This document shows, one piece after another, positions 49,905 through 63,727 of a DNA stretch of 64,000 nt (position 1 is the stretch's first letter; every line of letters begins with the position of its first letter). Source of the DNA: Cirrosporium novae-zelandiae (taxonomy: Eukaryota); contig JAPETS010000001.1 of NCBI GenBank assembly GCA_026023565.1, forward strand, positions 1,302,001 to 1,366,000. The letters are read 5' to 3'. The notes beneath the pieces were generated by a model, which saw nothing but the letters and a program-made list of their open reading frames with translations, was not told where the DNA came from and ran no database searches. The translations under genes were made by a program, and so were the position numbers.

Positions 49905-50554
49905 TCATGTCACTTCCTTTTCGATTGGCGACTTGAAGATCATGGTCATGATCGACGCTGAAAGACACATGAATATATGCTTTGCTGTATAGTACGGGGA
50001 AGGGATTGTGGATGATAATTAATGCGGCTGTTTTCATTTCGAATACCCAACGGACGGTCAAAAGGAGCAACTTAGGACATTATGCACGTTGTGGATGACT
50101 TACTTACACTAATAACCTTATGCTTGATGAAGGAAAAGGATTCTTATGACTGCTACTTATGCATAGTATTAATGGTGCTGGTTGTGGATAGAGGTAATCC
50201 GCATGGTTTACTCCATCTTTAGCTAGTACGGAGATATAACGTCAAGAAATGCCAAGATATTGATCAATGAACGTCCCTTAATTCGCTTATGTAACCACTG
50301 CTGCTTCGGTCTGGACATTTATAGCCAAAGCGACTATAATTATCAAAGATTCCCATGAATATCACCTTTATACTATGTTGAAAATAAGATTTGTGTCTAT
50401 TTAAATTCATTGTCGAATTTCTCTATCGTCACTTCTATTCTTTTATAGTTATGACAGAAGTCTTTATCGCAATCATCTACTATCTTTAATTTTACTCCCC
50501 AACTATAGGCACAGCTATACGACCACTACTCACTGTCTTAAGGGCTCGAGTCTA

Positions 50555-51986
50555 TTACTTAGGCGCCGCTGGCCATCCCGCCGTCTTCACCGCCCATCTC
50601 ACCGCTTCCCAGACATCCTCTACGATCATGCGTGGCTTCCATGCGGGTTCTTCGCCTTCGCGATATACACCCGTTTTTACGAGGATAGACTGCCAGTCGC
50701 TACCATGTAGGGAACGGTATTGGTTTGCGCCGCGGATGTCGGACTCGGGGTTGTCACCAACTGCGAGGTGGGGGGTTAGTTTGGGAGAGTTGTGAGGGCA
50801 GAATGGATACCATACTCATGAAAACTTTCTTCAGTGGTCCGTTATTCTGGTTCAGCGCATTTGCTCGATGGTCGTTAAGTCTATTCTCGGCAAAATCATA
50901 TGTGGTCTGAAATGGCTTCCCTATTAATATCTTTTTTAATTCGATGCCTTTGTTTGGACCGCCTGTAACCGCCGCCCAGACACCTTCTAGGGCTTCGCGG
51001 AAGCCACCTTGGCCTAGGCGCGGGAGGTGGTAGGATGCGGCCCACCAGAGATCTGGATTCGAGAAGTAGATTGGAGGTTGGCCGTCTTGCTGGAAGCCAC
51101 GGTTGGGGAGGGAATGGTCATTGTTTTTAGATGAGTAGGTGCCCATAATTCCTTGGTGCGAGAGGAGAATGTCAAGAATTACCTGAGCGTCCAACGCCCA
51201 GTCTCGAGGATCGTTGTAGACAAATACGGCGTCAACTTTGAGGCTGTTGGAGGGGTCATTTGGGAGTATGGGTTTTGGAAGCGGCTTCGCAAAGGACGTG
51301 TAGTAATCGAGGAAGTTGTGAGAGAACGGGCAGATGTCGGGGTAGGCCATGTAGATGTCGCCGGGGGTTATTACATTTCGGAAACCGTATCTATGTAGGA
51401 GTAGTGGTTAGGTTAGTAAGTGTTTCGGGCCCGTACCCTGTATCCTAACCTCACTTCTCAGCAACTCTTCCACACTTGTCCCCGTCACCGCCCACGACTA
51501 AGACGCATTTATCCCTTAGGCTCTTCTCCGGCTCATTGCCACTGGCTCGGGCAAACTCGGCAAATGGTGTGTGGCTCTGGACGAGAAGACCGGTATCCAG
51601 AGGGACGTTCAATTTTTGACTTAGCTCTTTGACTCGCTCCTCCTCGAACTTCCCGCCGCCGTTGGTTAGGAGAATAAAGGGGATTCGCTGTTTCTGGAGG
51701 AAGGAGAGGGCTTTGCCGGCTCGGGGAAGGGGTTTGGAGCTGCGGACGAGGACACCATCTATGCTGGGGGTGTGACTATTAGGGGGATTTTGTTTTGGTG
51801 AGGAGCGTGGAGGTCTTACTCAAACGCAAAGGCGAAGTCCGGGTCGATTTGAGGGTTGGCGGGGCTAGAGGTTTGCAGATATCTTTGGTTATTTGAAGCA
51901 AAGTAACGTGAATTATAGCATTGGGTTTGACGTAGGGTTCGTAGCATAGGATTCGTAGCGGCGAGTGACCTTTGACAAACCTTCAT
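50555..51986 (-). CDS. HAD-superfamily IIA hydrolase, CECR5/YKR070W type, probable mitochondrial presequence
   Basis: DFAFAFDIDGVL, PFILLTNGGG, VQSHTPF, FVYNDPRDW, YFSNPDLWW, RLGQGGF, GKP and GDNPESDI. 3 introns. Confidence 0.9.
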
Positions 51987-52437
51987 ATTGTAAATGATGT
52001 TGAGTTATATGATTGTATGATTATAGGTGTTGGAGTGACTCGAATGAGGGATATTATATTTTAAAAATAATTATTAGATAAGAGCTCAAGATGCACTACA
52101 CCATATCAAGTTAGAGGTTAACCTTCCACCTCCCATGACCTACGAGCCTTTCATGCTTGGGAAATGAATATATCTATATGTTGTTGAATGAAGAGGTATG
52201 TAAAAGGTAGCAACTGTCGATTAACTCGAATATCCACTGAGTGAAGTTGTATTTAGATGATTTAGATGTGGACATGATCCCTCAAGGTCCAAGGTCCCAC
52301 CTGATCACCGTTAAGCGAACCATTGCTCTTGGCACATGTAAAGTGTAGTGAAGCTCCATATCTAGGTACAGTACTTTCTTGACCTAACTACCCATTTAGT
52401 TCTCGCAAAGGAGTGCTTAAATTCATCTCCCATCATC

Positions 52438-53928
52438 ATGACAAAGAGAAAAAACCATGCAACGACAACAGATGGTGCTCCATACAATAAGCGTCTAAGG
52501 CCTTCTACCTATGATGACGAGGACGACAAACATAACTCATACACTCAAGGTCGCCTTGACCCCGTCTTCGGCCAAAGAGGCGCATTTCCTGGCCTGGATT
52601 CGATAGATGGTGACGATGAAATATTCTACGGACCACCAAGCGATGGGATGGAATATCTGAAGATGGTCAGGTAAGCTTTACCACTTGCATTTGACTCAAC
52701 CACATATCTGAGCTCATGGTATTCCCTCTCGTCCAGCTGGAGCTGATGGTAAGTATCCTAGGCTTGAGGCCCGAGGCGTACCTACGATTCTTACTGCCCC
52801 CAAAGACAACATACCCGATGCCGGTGACCGTGAAAACTCAGGGGATATCATAGACAAACACCACAATGATGAGATATACATGGATAGACCAGCCGATTAT
52901 CTGATGTCGGATCAATATTATAAATATGCGACGGATGCTGAGTTGGATCCACAAGGTAATGGTCATCCTACCTAGTTGATATTTGATGAACTCTGTATGC
53001 TAATGGGCCATTCCTAGATGAATATTATCAACGCCTGCTCACACGATTCAACCGATTACGTCGGACACTCCAATGCCAACCTCCCGCAGAAGCTGTGGCA
53101 AACCTGGGGGACGATGCACTGATATCATTACCGGTCAGAAACAAAAGAGCCAGTGCCGCCTGGAAAGAGATGATACGATATTCAGATCCTAGCATGGTTC
53201 ACCTCGCAAGTATTGACACGACAAGTGCATTGAATGCACTACCGCTGCTTTCTGCTCTGCTGGTACCTCTGGTAACCCAGAACTCCCCATCAGCCCTACA
53301 GTTGGTATTCTGGACATGGGGGTTATTAGCAAGATGTAGAGATATCACAGAAATGCAAAGCGATGATGTTAGCTTGGTTAGAGAATTAGGGAAAACAGCA
53401 GTGGGACTTTTAATATCTCGAAGAACTGGCACCAAAATCCCCGGATTTGGCGACGGTGCGGAAGATGGGGAGAAGGGAAGTGTCAACAGCTATGAACTAC
53501 TAGACGCGTATTCGGATGTGGGCGAGGATCTTGAAGACGAGGAGAGTGTCCCGGTTGTCTTCAATTCCTCATCAGTGATAGCGGAAGAGGAAAGCCTCGA
53601 GGTCGAAAGTGACAAAGAGGAATTCATCAGTCAAAACTACGCAGGACTAAACAAAGAAAACCAACATGATGATAACCCAACAATCGCGAATTACAGAGAA
53701 CTTGAAAATGCTAAGGCGCGCTTGCAGGCTCAACTGGTCAGTGAAACCCTGGAGAATCGCCCTGATGGAGACAATACGGTTGTTGAAGAAGACAAGAGAG
53801 AGAATAATGAGGAAGCCTTCGACGATAAACAGCTGGATGCTGCACTCGATATGATTATCACTGTCGTGGGTGAGATCTACAGGCAACGAGACTTGCTTGA
53901 ATTCCGTGAACTCTGGGTGGATCAGTGA
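52438..53928 (+). CDS. Gemin2/Brr1 (SIP1)-like snRNP assembly factor
   Basis: DPVFGQRGAFPGLD, DGMEYLKMVR-LEA, WTWGLLARC, DDVSLVRELGK and LDMIITVVGEIYRQRDLL. 2 introns. Confidence 0.7.
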
Positions 53929-56652
53929 GAGTAATTGCGACGTCTTTGTTCTGAAGGGGTGATAGGAAATATTGAATCTAGTGAAACATTAAGTTAACGA
54001 GATTGGGAAACTCTGTTGACGATTGTATCATCTATCTTCATGAACGTATTATATTGACTACCACCAAGAGTATATATCCAGTGATATACACTACACCATT
54101 ATAATGCAAGTGTCAACATCACTATACTTCAAGACCCCACACGGATTTTCTATTTTTTCCGACTCCCCTTCCACTATGTTTCTACTATCATCCTTTGTCT
54201 CTTCAGCCAATCAGGAATGTTCACACGTCTTTCCATTCGCACCTGGCCTTGGTGGGAATAGATTTCTATATTCATCGCTTGAGCGAATATCCTCATTGGC
54301 ACGTGTGACCTATATCTGACGCCGTTTCTGATTGAAAATATTTTACATGGCTACAGAAACTTACGTTATCATGTTCAATTCACTACCTGAGGGCTGCTCG
54401 GTGCCAGTTAAAAATATTGCTATTCTCCGTACATTATGTTTCCTTCGACTGAAATATCTATCCGCTCTAATTATCACGAGTATCGCTGATTTAGTATTTG
54501 ATACTGTCGACTATAATATGAAGTCGGTCCTATTCTAGGTATTTAAGAAGAACATTGTAACTTGAACATTACTCTCAAGTTGTCGCCACGGAATATTTTA
54601 AACTCAACTGAATAGAGACTAACTATTGTTCCGAGCACATGAAAGCTATGTCGAGGTGGGGACAAGGTATTTATCCGTCTATAATACCCTTACCCAGTCA
54701 CTGATACAAAATTCTCAAGGGATTCCTAGTTATAAGAGAAGCCTTCATATATCCTCCTCCTAGGAGTTTTCGAGTCCATCCCTACTTTAATCATCCTCAT
54801 TTTATTAAGATATGGCTCGCGCCGTAACACTAGATTTCACTCATCGTTTCCTTAACCATGGTGGGGTTCTTAGCAGGTCTCAATTCTAGAACATGGAAGG
54901 GGATATGAATGCGGGGCCTTTCCCAATGTAGAGTAAAGGTGATGAGATGAGAGGCTCTGGTGATATGTTCGATCCATCATTCTTTGGGGGCCTGAAGCTA
55001 CCGTCTTATCGATGACTTTCGGTTGCAAATACCTTGCAAACTTTGACGCAGTGCTCTTATCCAACCCCTTTAAACTTCGGTGGAGCCTTAACGCCTACTT
55101 TCCTCTAAGGCTAGCGGGCATCTATCGAAAATTAGAGCTGGTCGCCAGTTCCAGACCCATTCCATTATTCTCCTTATTCATATGGCATACTCAATGCATC
55201 TACCCTTCAAAATACGCAGATGTCGGCGGGGAACATAAACTAGGTCGCGATGCAGGACTTCTTTCATCATCATCCTTTCCCGAGTGGACCCTTGGACTCT
55301 TTTTCAATTCAAAAAGCACAAGGATCAGCAGCTAGCTTCATGGAAGCCATAGTATATCAGTCGTTAGAATTCTTCAATGGTGGTGCTGCCTACAATGTAT
55401 GCACTCTCTAGAATCTGATAGCAGTACGAGGCTATTCCTATATTTCCATTAATGGTGGCACATTCTCGGCAGGGAATGACTTCTAATGATTTCCGTATTT
55501 CAGGCTGCCGTTATCTGTTTGACCTTTCCTTCTTCGCTGGCTTGCCACTTGTGATCTAATTTACGAGTCCAAAGGAAGATTGACAGACATCGAGAAACGG
55601 TGGATTTCAAACCATGAACGCTACTGCGAGAAACAGCATCAAATCACCCGAACCGAATTTCTTAAACCCTAACAGCTCGCTCAACCTTTCCGCTGCTACG
55701 GGGAATCCCCACCCGGGGTTTAAAGCATCACTATTCTCACACCCAACGAAAGATTCCTACATGTTGTTGGGGCTGGTGACAACAATCACCGCGACGGCTT
55801 CTATGTCTACACCAATGGAATAGTAATGACATCCCTCGGAGTCAGTGCTCAGTCGTGCTCCTAGTTCTATAGACATATCTACAAACTCCCCTCTCACTAG
55901 TTTTAATGTCTTCTCCCAACAACGATACCTATGTTGACGAACATATGGAATCCTGGCTACAGATGATAAGGAGGTGACGGAATGGAAAAATAGGAGTGAT
56001 GGTGAGAGTGATGGTGAGAGTGATGGTGAAGTCGTGGGAGGCACGTGGGATGGTTCGATTAAAATACTAATCAAGGATAGTGATGGGATGTATTTACTTT
56101 GAAAATGATAAATAGGGTATTTCTGACATTTCTCTGCCGCATCTTTATCTATCAAGTCCAGTAGGCAGTGAAAAATTATGCTACTCATTACCCACACCTT
56201 GCTCCCCATCATCCAGGAGCTAGGTCATCCCTAGCTATTATACTTTACAATATGCCTGCCTACAATGATTACAGTTCCTAAAGTAGAAAGACAGTGAATG
56301 TGTCAATTAAAAAAAAAGACAAAGGTAGAAAGGTAAAATACTAAAAGATCAACCCAGGCTACAATATCCTTAATTAATCTCGATTACATTCACAGGTTAT
56401 GATAACTACTCCATCACTTTACTTTAGCCGAGGCTCTTCACGAGGTAATTTTTACCGTGGGCTAACAGCTACCGTAAGGATATCCTTCAAGTGCCAGCTG
56501 CTCCTCGTGACTCCAATTCGTTTCCAGTTTTGCAGCAACTCAGTCAGTCATGTAGGCCACGCACAGTGGCCGGGTAATATTGTTGTAGTAGTTTAATGTA
56601 ATTGACCTGAGAGCGGACCATGCATGCATGTATAAAAACATGTCAACCTTCC

Positions 56653-57842
56653 TTAGCCCACAGCACTCCAATTCATAGGGACCAAGATGCGGCTATGCAT
56701 TGTCTGGATCAAGGGGGTTGTTTTATGAACTGTATCTCCCCATCCCTCGACACCCCAACTCATCTCTCTCCTAATCTTTCTCTCTTCTAGGTCTGCAAAC
56801 TGCCAGAGATGATGCACAGTGTTCAATTCACCAATTTGAACAAACCAGGCTCCGACGCCTTCCATGACTTCTCTTCTGGCTGCGAGGCCTTTTCGCCAGT
56901 GTGTTTCCCATTCTAATAGGTTTCCGGGGTGGAGGGTGTAAGATCGAAGTTCGAAAACACCTCCAAGGTGGCGGGGAGGGCTGGTGGGCCAAAAAGAGAA
57001 CTCTTGCATCAGAGAAGTTTTTTTGGACATTATGAGACTCTTGAGCTTGGCATCGAAAACAGGGAACTCGGGATGATTAGCAATTGAATGGAGAGATGCA
57101 TGGTAGCCTTGATAGCGTTGATATTCCCAGATATGGACTGTCGGAATTATCCTATTAGTGGTTGTCTCGTCAATCGTTTCAGAAAATTAATATTTCCAAA
57201 CCTACCAAACGTATCGCAATCTCCAACCTCTGTTCTCCAACTGCCAACTAAATTGACCTTATTTTCTGGCATGGAAGCCATTCGAGGATACCAGCTGCCG
57301 ACGAGCTTGACATATTCTTCCACCTTGTCTGGTTTGACTTCATGGAAAACAATCGAGTGAACGTATTTTCCTCTGGCTAAGACTTGGGAGAACGATCTTT
57401 CGATTTCCTGATCAAGGTTCTGACCAGCCTTTGTACCATAAATAAGTGTTGCCAGAGGACCCTGTCGCTTTGTTCGCTTTTCATTCTCGGCTGCTTCTGC
57501 TTCTCGAGCTTCTCCTATGTTATGCGTACCCAGTGAGCCTAAAGCCGATTGAGGGGAACCAGATTTAGAGGCATCCAGGTTTACAAAAGCAGAACCACTA
57601 GTGCTAGGGGAAGGGGATTTGGAATTGAAAGTAACACGAGACTGACTATCAGCATTTTCTTGATGATCACGAGCAGCTTTCAGCTTGTCACGAAATTGTT
57701 TCTGCTTTGAATCAAAAGCACGAGAGTTATCTGGTACGATATCTGCGAGTGCTGGAACTTTGCTGAGGGAAGCGGATGAAGACAAGGGGCGCAATGAAGG
57801 GATATTGAGCGACTTTGCTGCGAAAAATCGTCGAGGAATCAT
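56653..57842 (-). CDS. Mitochondrial NIPSNAP family protein
   Basis: Presequence MIPRRFFAAK, SFSQVLARGKYVHSIVFHEVKP, LVGSWRTEVG and FELRSYTLHPGNLLEWETHWRKGL. One intron. Confidence 0.92.
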
Positions 57843-58591
57843 GTTGACAGAGTTGCAATTGTAATTGTATGGGGAAGCAAGGAGGGGTAGTTTATGGGGA
57901 ACAGTTTTTAAGTGTGTGGTTGTGTGTGTGTTTGCAAAGGAATGAACATAAGAAAACGGGGATGTTATTGGAGAGGTAGAAGAGAGGAGGACAAGGATAG
58001 AGAAAGGGAATGAACGATGAGGAACGTTGTAAGAGTCACTCTTGCTTTATTTTGTGAGGAATCTGGGGAAGGAGGGAAACTGGGGAGGGGGGCAGGTGTA
58101 CGTACGTACCTTCCCTTATTAATTACAGAGGTAGTTACTTTAAGTACTACTTCGAGTACTAATTGATGGTACTTGGTCCAATGCTTTACCTTTACACACA
58201 CAGCCAAGCCTTGATATGACTGACCCATGACTTCACAGTGTGGGGTAATTTACGCTAAACTCAAATTAGTTCTACCACACTACCACACAAACACATTACC
58301 ACACATGCTAGGTAGAAAGTAGCTACCTAGGTACCCACAACTCCCCAAAGTACCACAATTCTAATAATCAATAAAAACATGTGGGGTCTTTTTACGCAAA
58401 CTAAACGCCTGCCTTTCTACTCGAGTAGGTACAGGGAATATAAGCCTGATCTATCTCCACCATTCTCGTATCCGTCTTCAAATTGAAAAGGAAACAAAAC
58501 CTTCCACAACAACAATTGGGATAGAGTCAGTGGCTGATCGGTTTTGATCCACCATAAACCATATCAGGATCAGGTGCGGGGAATTATCAAC

Positions 58592-59389
58592 ATGGAATCC
58601 CAACATCAAATACCATCAAGTGATGAGGCTCCAAGAGCAGAAACACATGCAGAAATATCCTCTACCTTACCTCCCGAGGTTATTACTTGTTTAAAAAGTG
58701 CTAGATTTGTTTGTCCCACGAGTCCCCCCCGTGAATTACAAGTTTCCCTAGCTAATATAACCCCAAAGTTGCATTTGGCAACATGCGATAATCTTTATCC
58801 TCATGTGTCGCTGATGAATTACACCTACCTCCCTTCGACACCTTTCGACCCCCATCCTACGATTATAATGACCACCAATCCCTCTTCCAGGAAGACCAGG
58901 AACCTTATCAGTAATCCCAGAGTCTCTATACTAGTACATGATTGGGTCTCCCATCGCCCTCCAACAAGAGTGTCCGACCCCGGGAGAGAAGGATCGCCAC
59001 CTCCCGCTGCTACTCGTTCAAGTCTAGCTTCACTATTACTCAATTTGAATACTAGTGCCCTTAGCAGCATCAGCGTAACAATAAATGGCATGGCTAAGAT
59101 TGTGGACCAAGGAACTGAAGAAGAACGTTGGTGCAAAGAGAAGCATCTAGAGAACAACACATTTAGAGAAGAAGAAAATGATGGAAGAGGTATATCCTCT
59201 CAAGGACTAGCTACTAACACTGAAGAAGATGGTGGAAAAAACTGCTTTATTGATGCAGAGGAGGTTCAGGTTGTAGTTGTCCGGATAAGAGAGGGACGAA
59301 TAGCAGATTATAAAGGAGGCGTGAAAGATTGGAGACTTGTATCCGAAGATGGTCCACCTTTGGTCAATGGTGTCCATGAAAGCATATGA
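58592..59389 (+). CDS. Pyridoxamine 5'-phosphate oxidase-like protein (YGR017W type)
   Basis: LPPEVITCLKSARF-LHLATC, PHVSLMNYTY, NPRVSILVHDW and GRIADYKG. Intron at 58709-58768. Confidence 0.88.
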   Translation: MESQHQIPSSDEAPRAETHAEISSTLPPEVITCLKSARFVCPTSPPRELQVSLANITPKLHLATCDNLYPHVSLMNYTYLPSTPFDPHPTIIMTTNPSSRKTRNLISNPRVSILVHDWVSHRPPTRVSDPGREGSPPPAATRSSLASLLLNLNTSALSSISVTINGMAKIVDQGTEEERWCKEKHLENNTFREEENDGRGISSQGLATNTEEDGGKNCFIDAEEVQVVVVRIREGRIADYKGGVKDWRLVSEDGPPLVNGVHESI

Positions 59390-59759
59390 TTGTCTAGCAC
59401 ATTGTCTACAGACTATATACGAGTAACTACCAAAACTATCAGTATCATTTTGGCACTGCAAAGTTTCCAACATTAAGTAAGTATGGGTATTAGAGTAAAT
59501 ATTTGGCACCTGGCTACTGTGCAAAGCCCTAATGGCTAATTACGTCATGCGGCCGAGAGACGCGTTTCTTGAATCTCGAATGATACACAATAGAACAATA
59601 AAAGCCAACGCACGAAAAAAACGGTTTTTTTTTTTACCGCGCGGATTTTACTCAACTTCCACAACTTACTTGAATCTCTACTTCCCACAACAGTTGTTTC
59701 CCAATGATATAGAAGAGCATTCTATCTCTAGTCTCACCGTTAAATATAACTCTTACACG

Positions 59760-61393
59760 ATGACTTACATACGGCAAAATAACCTTCCCCGCCTTAAGGA
59801 ATACAAGTATTCTGGTGTTGACCAGTCATTGACTTCTAAATATATTCTCAAGCCATTTTACAACAATGTTGTCATCAAACTATTTCCTATGTCCATGGCG
59901 TGAGTCTGAATCATTTCCCGCCGATCCTTTTTTTTTTTCAGAATCAAGCTGATCCCATTTCCTTCAGCCCTAATGCCGTAAGTCTCTCTAAACTGAGAGG
60001 CCATTTTTATAGATTACAATCGGACTCATGTCATTATTTCAGATTACCTTAAGTGGATTTATGTTTGTGGTAGTAAACTTCTTGACCTTGTTATGGTATA
60101 GTCCAACCCTAGATCAGGATTGCCCATCATGGGTTTACTATAGCTGGGCGGCTGGGTTGTTTTTGTATCAAACATTTGATGCCGTTGATGGAACTCAAGC
60201 GTGTGTGACCTCTCCCCTTCTCTAGGATACAGTGCGCTGAAGAGAAAGGTAGTCGGAGAACGCATCAGAGTGGCCCTTTGGGAGAACTATTTGACCATGG
60301 TATAGTATTCCACCCTACTGGGGAAACATACTCTAATGGATGGTATAGGTGTCGATGCATGCAACACATCTCTTGAGGTACTCATATTTGCTGCAGCAAT
60401 GAACCTTGGCCAGAGCTGGTACACAGTTTTTGCTCTCTTCGGCTGTAATTTCCCCGTCATCTTCTGCTAGTTGCGTTGAGACTAACGTAGTAAAAGCACT
60501 CTTAACTTTCTATATCCAAACGTGGGACGAATACTACACAAAGACTCTCACCCTTGGTCCTATTAACGGCCCGGTGGAAGGAATATTGACCCTTGTTGGT
60601 ATATACGCATTCACAGGTTTCATGGGGGGTAGTAGCTTCTGGGAGAAGCCTGCGCTGCCAACAGTTGGTCTTCCTAAGCTTGGCTTTATGCCTGATTACA
60701 TCTACAATATGCCGTTCAACCAGACTTGGATAGTATGTGGCTCGCTTGTCATGTCTATGAACACTGCGCAAAGGTAATTAAGAATGATTGAAATGTTGGA
60801 CTCTTCTGTGCTGCTCGTGGACCATTGCTAATTCCAATTCCACCGTCTAGCGTATTCAACGTGATGAGGGCAAGACACAATCAAGGCAAAAACCCTGTTA
60901 CTCCACTTTTTGGTCTTCTTCCTTTCGCTGTTGGGTGGTTACTCGTTACAGTATACCTCTGGCTACAACCTGTGATTTTACACCACCACCTGATCCCTTT
61001 CGTTTTCTACGCTGGCCTTATCAATGCCTACTCGGTTGGAAAGATGATTACAGCACATCTTGTGAAAGCTAAGTTTCCTTGGAGAAATTCGTTGATAATT
61101 CCGTTGGTGTTTGCCGTCACTGACGGTCTGGGGCCTGCGCTGGGTTTCTGGCCAAGTGCTTTGGGAGATAGTGTCTACCAGGTTGCATTTGTGTTTATGT
61201 GTCTTGGACTGGCCATTGGGGTTTATGGTACCTTTGTGGTAAGTTCTTAGGCCTTGGGTCTTTTTCTGTATTGTATTATATGCTTATGGAAAATCAGGTG
61301 GACGTTATCAGAACCATATGCGATTACCTAGACATCTCATGCTTAACGATCAAATATCCCTACCACGGGCCGCAAGACTTGAAACAGCATTGA
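59760..61393 (+). CDS. Diacylglycerol choline/ethanolamine phosphotransferase (CPT1/EPT1 family)
   Basis: YKYSGVDQS, APNAITL, CDP-alcohol motif DAVDGTQARRT...GPLGELFDHGVD and QTWDEY. About 7 introns, including a 10-nt micro-exon. Confidence 0.93.
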
Positions 61394-61866
61394 TTAATTC
61401 TAGGTATACTAGTGTGATATTGGTTAATTTAATGAACGAATCACTGGGGGGCTTACTGAGTGGTATTATGGGTGGTTAGGTTATAGGTATGGACTATAAG
61501 GTTTTTATGAGATATGGGCTTAGAGGAAGATTCCCATTTGCTAGATACCCTAAAGGATCATGTAGAAACTTTTGAGGAATATTCCACTTTATTTCTGATC
61601 CCAATAAACTATCATGGGGTGGTATTAATGCATGTAAACATATGTAGTAACATAGTTCTGTGATTTTGTGTATGGTTCTTTATTAAATTTATCCAAAATA
61701 TTCTAGTTATACTATCTAGTCTTGGCACGGCATCTTCCGAGATCCTTAACAGAAACCACAGTTCGCAAGGGCTTCCCCCACGTGCTGTCGCGATAAGGTT
61801 ATCATGTACTAAGTAGCGTCGCGTCTGCCGATGATGACCGTTGATTTTACACCTTTACTTCGGAAA

Positions 61867-63191
61867 ATGACAACCTGGATTGGATCCATTGATACAATTA
61901 AAGGTGTGTTGCTAGATAATCAACCATATTCTAATATGATTAACATGCCTTAGATGTTCGGCTTCATGCCTCGTCCGGACCGACATTGCCTTCTTCGACG
62001 AAGGTGACCCTCCAGAACCTCTCTTTGGTCGATCCGACGCGTATACCTCTCCACCTGATGATTGGACCTGCTTGGGACGTATGGACACTGAGACAGGATA
62101 CAAAAGAATATTTCGAAGCCCTTTGCTGGGGTATTGGCCAGTTGGTGAAAGTACACTATATTGATGAAGATGAAGAAGACGAAGAGAAAAGAACAAGTCC
62201 TAGGATAACCGAATTACTTTTTTATGCCGTGAAACCTACAAACTTGTCAAATGGCTCATCCGGCATGCCAAATTCTCCACCGGCTTCATCCCCTCCAAAC
62301 ACAGACTCTCCCGACAGTCCAGCTGCTTCAAGAAATACAACCTCTCCCTCGAGCGAAATGCGTGTTTATTGCCTACCTCTATCTTCCGACCTCATCTATA
62401 AGCTAGCTGAAGGGGGATTCTCCCAAGTGCCATTAAAAGCCAGAGAGGCCCAAGACCATCCCGCACAGTTCCTCCCAACTCCATTCCAACAGAATGCGCA
62501 GCACCTACCAAAACGTCAGCGTGTAGAAGACCTCTTCGATGAGATAGCGGAACAGAGACGGAGAGCGCGTCACAGTAAAGGCGAGAATGTTGCGCACATG
62601 ATGGCCTCGATGGAGCGTCATGTCTCTCCATTTATCGGCATTAAGAAAGAATCGGGGGAAGAAGGCTTGTTGTCGAGACCGGCCAGTAGAGCAAGTTTTC
62701 AGGCGCATCCCTGTGAAGAGTCGAGGAAGATGACAGATGCTTACAGAGCGAGACAGCATTCAAGGACGCCCAGCTTAGGTGGAGGGTTTGGTGAATTTGG
62801 CAGACCTCCCAGCAGAAAAGATGGTGTGCAAGCCACGAAACGGTCTTCTCTCCACCAAGTAGCTAGTGTTGCATCTTTCAACGGGAATTCCCCAGTGGCG
62901 GATGAAGATTGTATCGAAGGGCAAAATAAATGTGCACTTTCAAGAGTTGTGATGGCAGGAATGCGCCTCTACGGGTTTCAGCAACAGAAGCATCATGCCG
63001 ATGCTGATACGAGCTATGAAGAGTATAAGATGATGTACCATCAGACATACAGGGCAGCCGCATTTGCATTGAGAGGGCAAATGGCAGGGCCTGAAGGAAT
63101 TGAACTGGATATGATGAGGGGAGTGGTTGATAGTGTGCTGGGTATTTTTTGCAACGATGGACAAGGGAAGAGTAGCAAACGGGAACGATGA
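61867..63191 (+). CDS. Sld7 C-terminal domain-like protein
   Basis: ATG at 61867 plus one intron. C-terminal NKCALSRVVMAGMRLYG...EEYKMMYHQTYRAAAFALR...MMRGVVDSVLGIFC. Confidence 0.65.
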
Positions 63192-63727
63192 GAATTATTA
63201 AGGATTGGGGTTGGGGGGGTCAAATGGTTACCGAGCCAAAGGGTCAACGGGGGGTTAAAGGGTTATATAAACGGCAGAAGTGTACCCTAGGTCCATAGGG
63301 AGATAAAAGAGTAAAAAGTAAAAGTGTCAGATTATGAAAAGACTGAGGGGTAAATTCGGAATGTTGGGACTCCCCATATTTAGTTCCGACTGTACTGGGC
63401 TGTGATTGGACGGAAAGTGGAATCAGCCACCCCATCTCACAATTAGGACACTGGTTGTGATACAAACCGCCTCTAGTTAATTAATGGATATGTCTATCTC
63501 AAATCCTCCTCTTCCTCTTCCGACCCCCCACCCATAGAAGTCTTTCTTCTATTTTAATAATACTTACTTTCTCATCCCATTCTTTCAACCCCATTTAACT
63601 TAGGCACAATACCTCAAAACTCGTTGTTTGTTTGTTGGAAAACTTTCGTCGTAGCGGCCCGGATCGCTTTGAAACCCCCCCCCCCCCTTGTTAGAAATAA
63701 CCCCACCCTTCCGCACACTTCGCAAAC

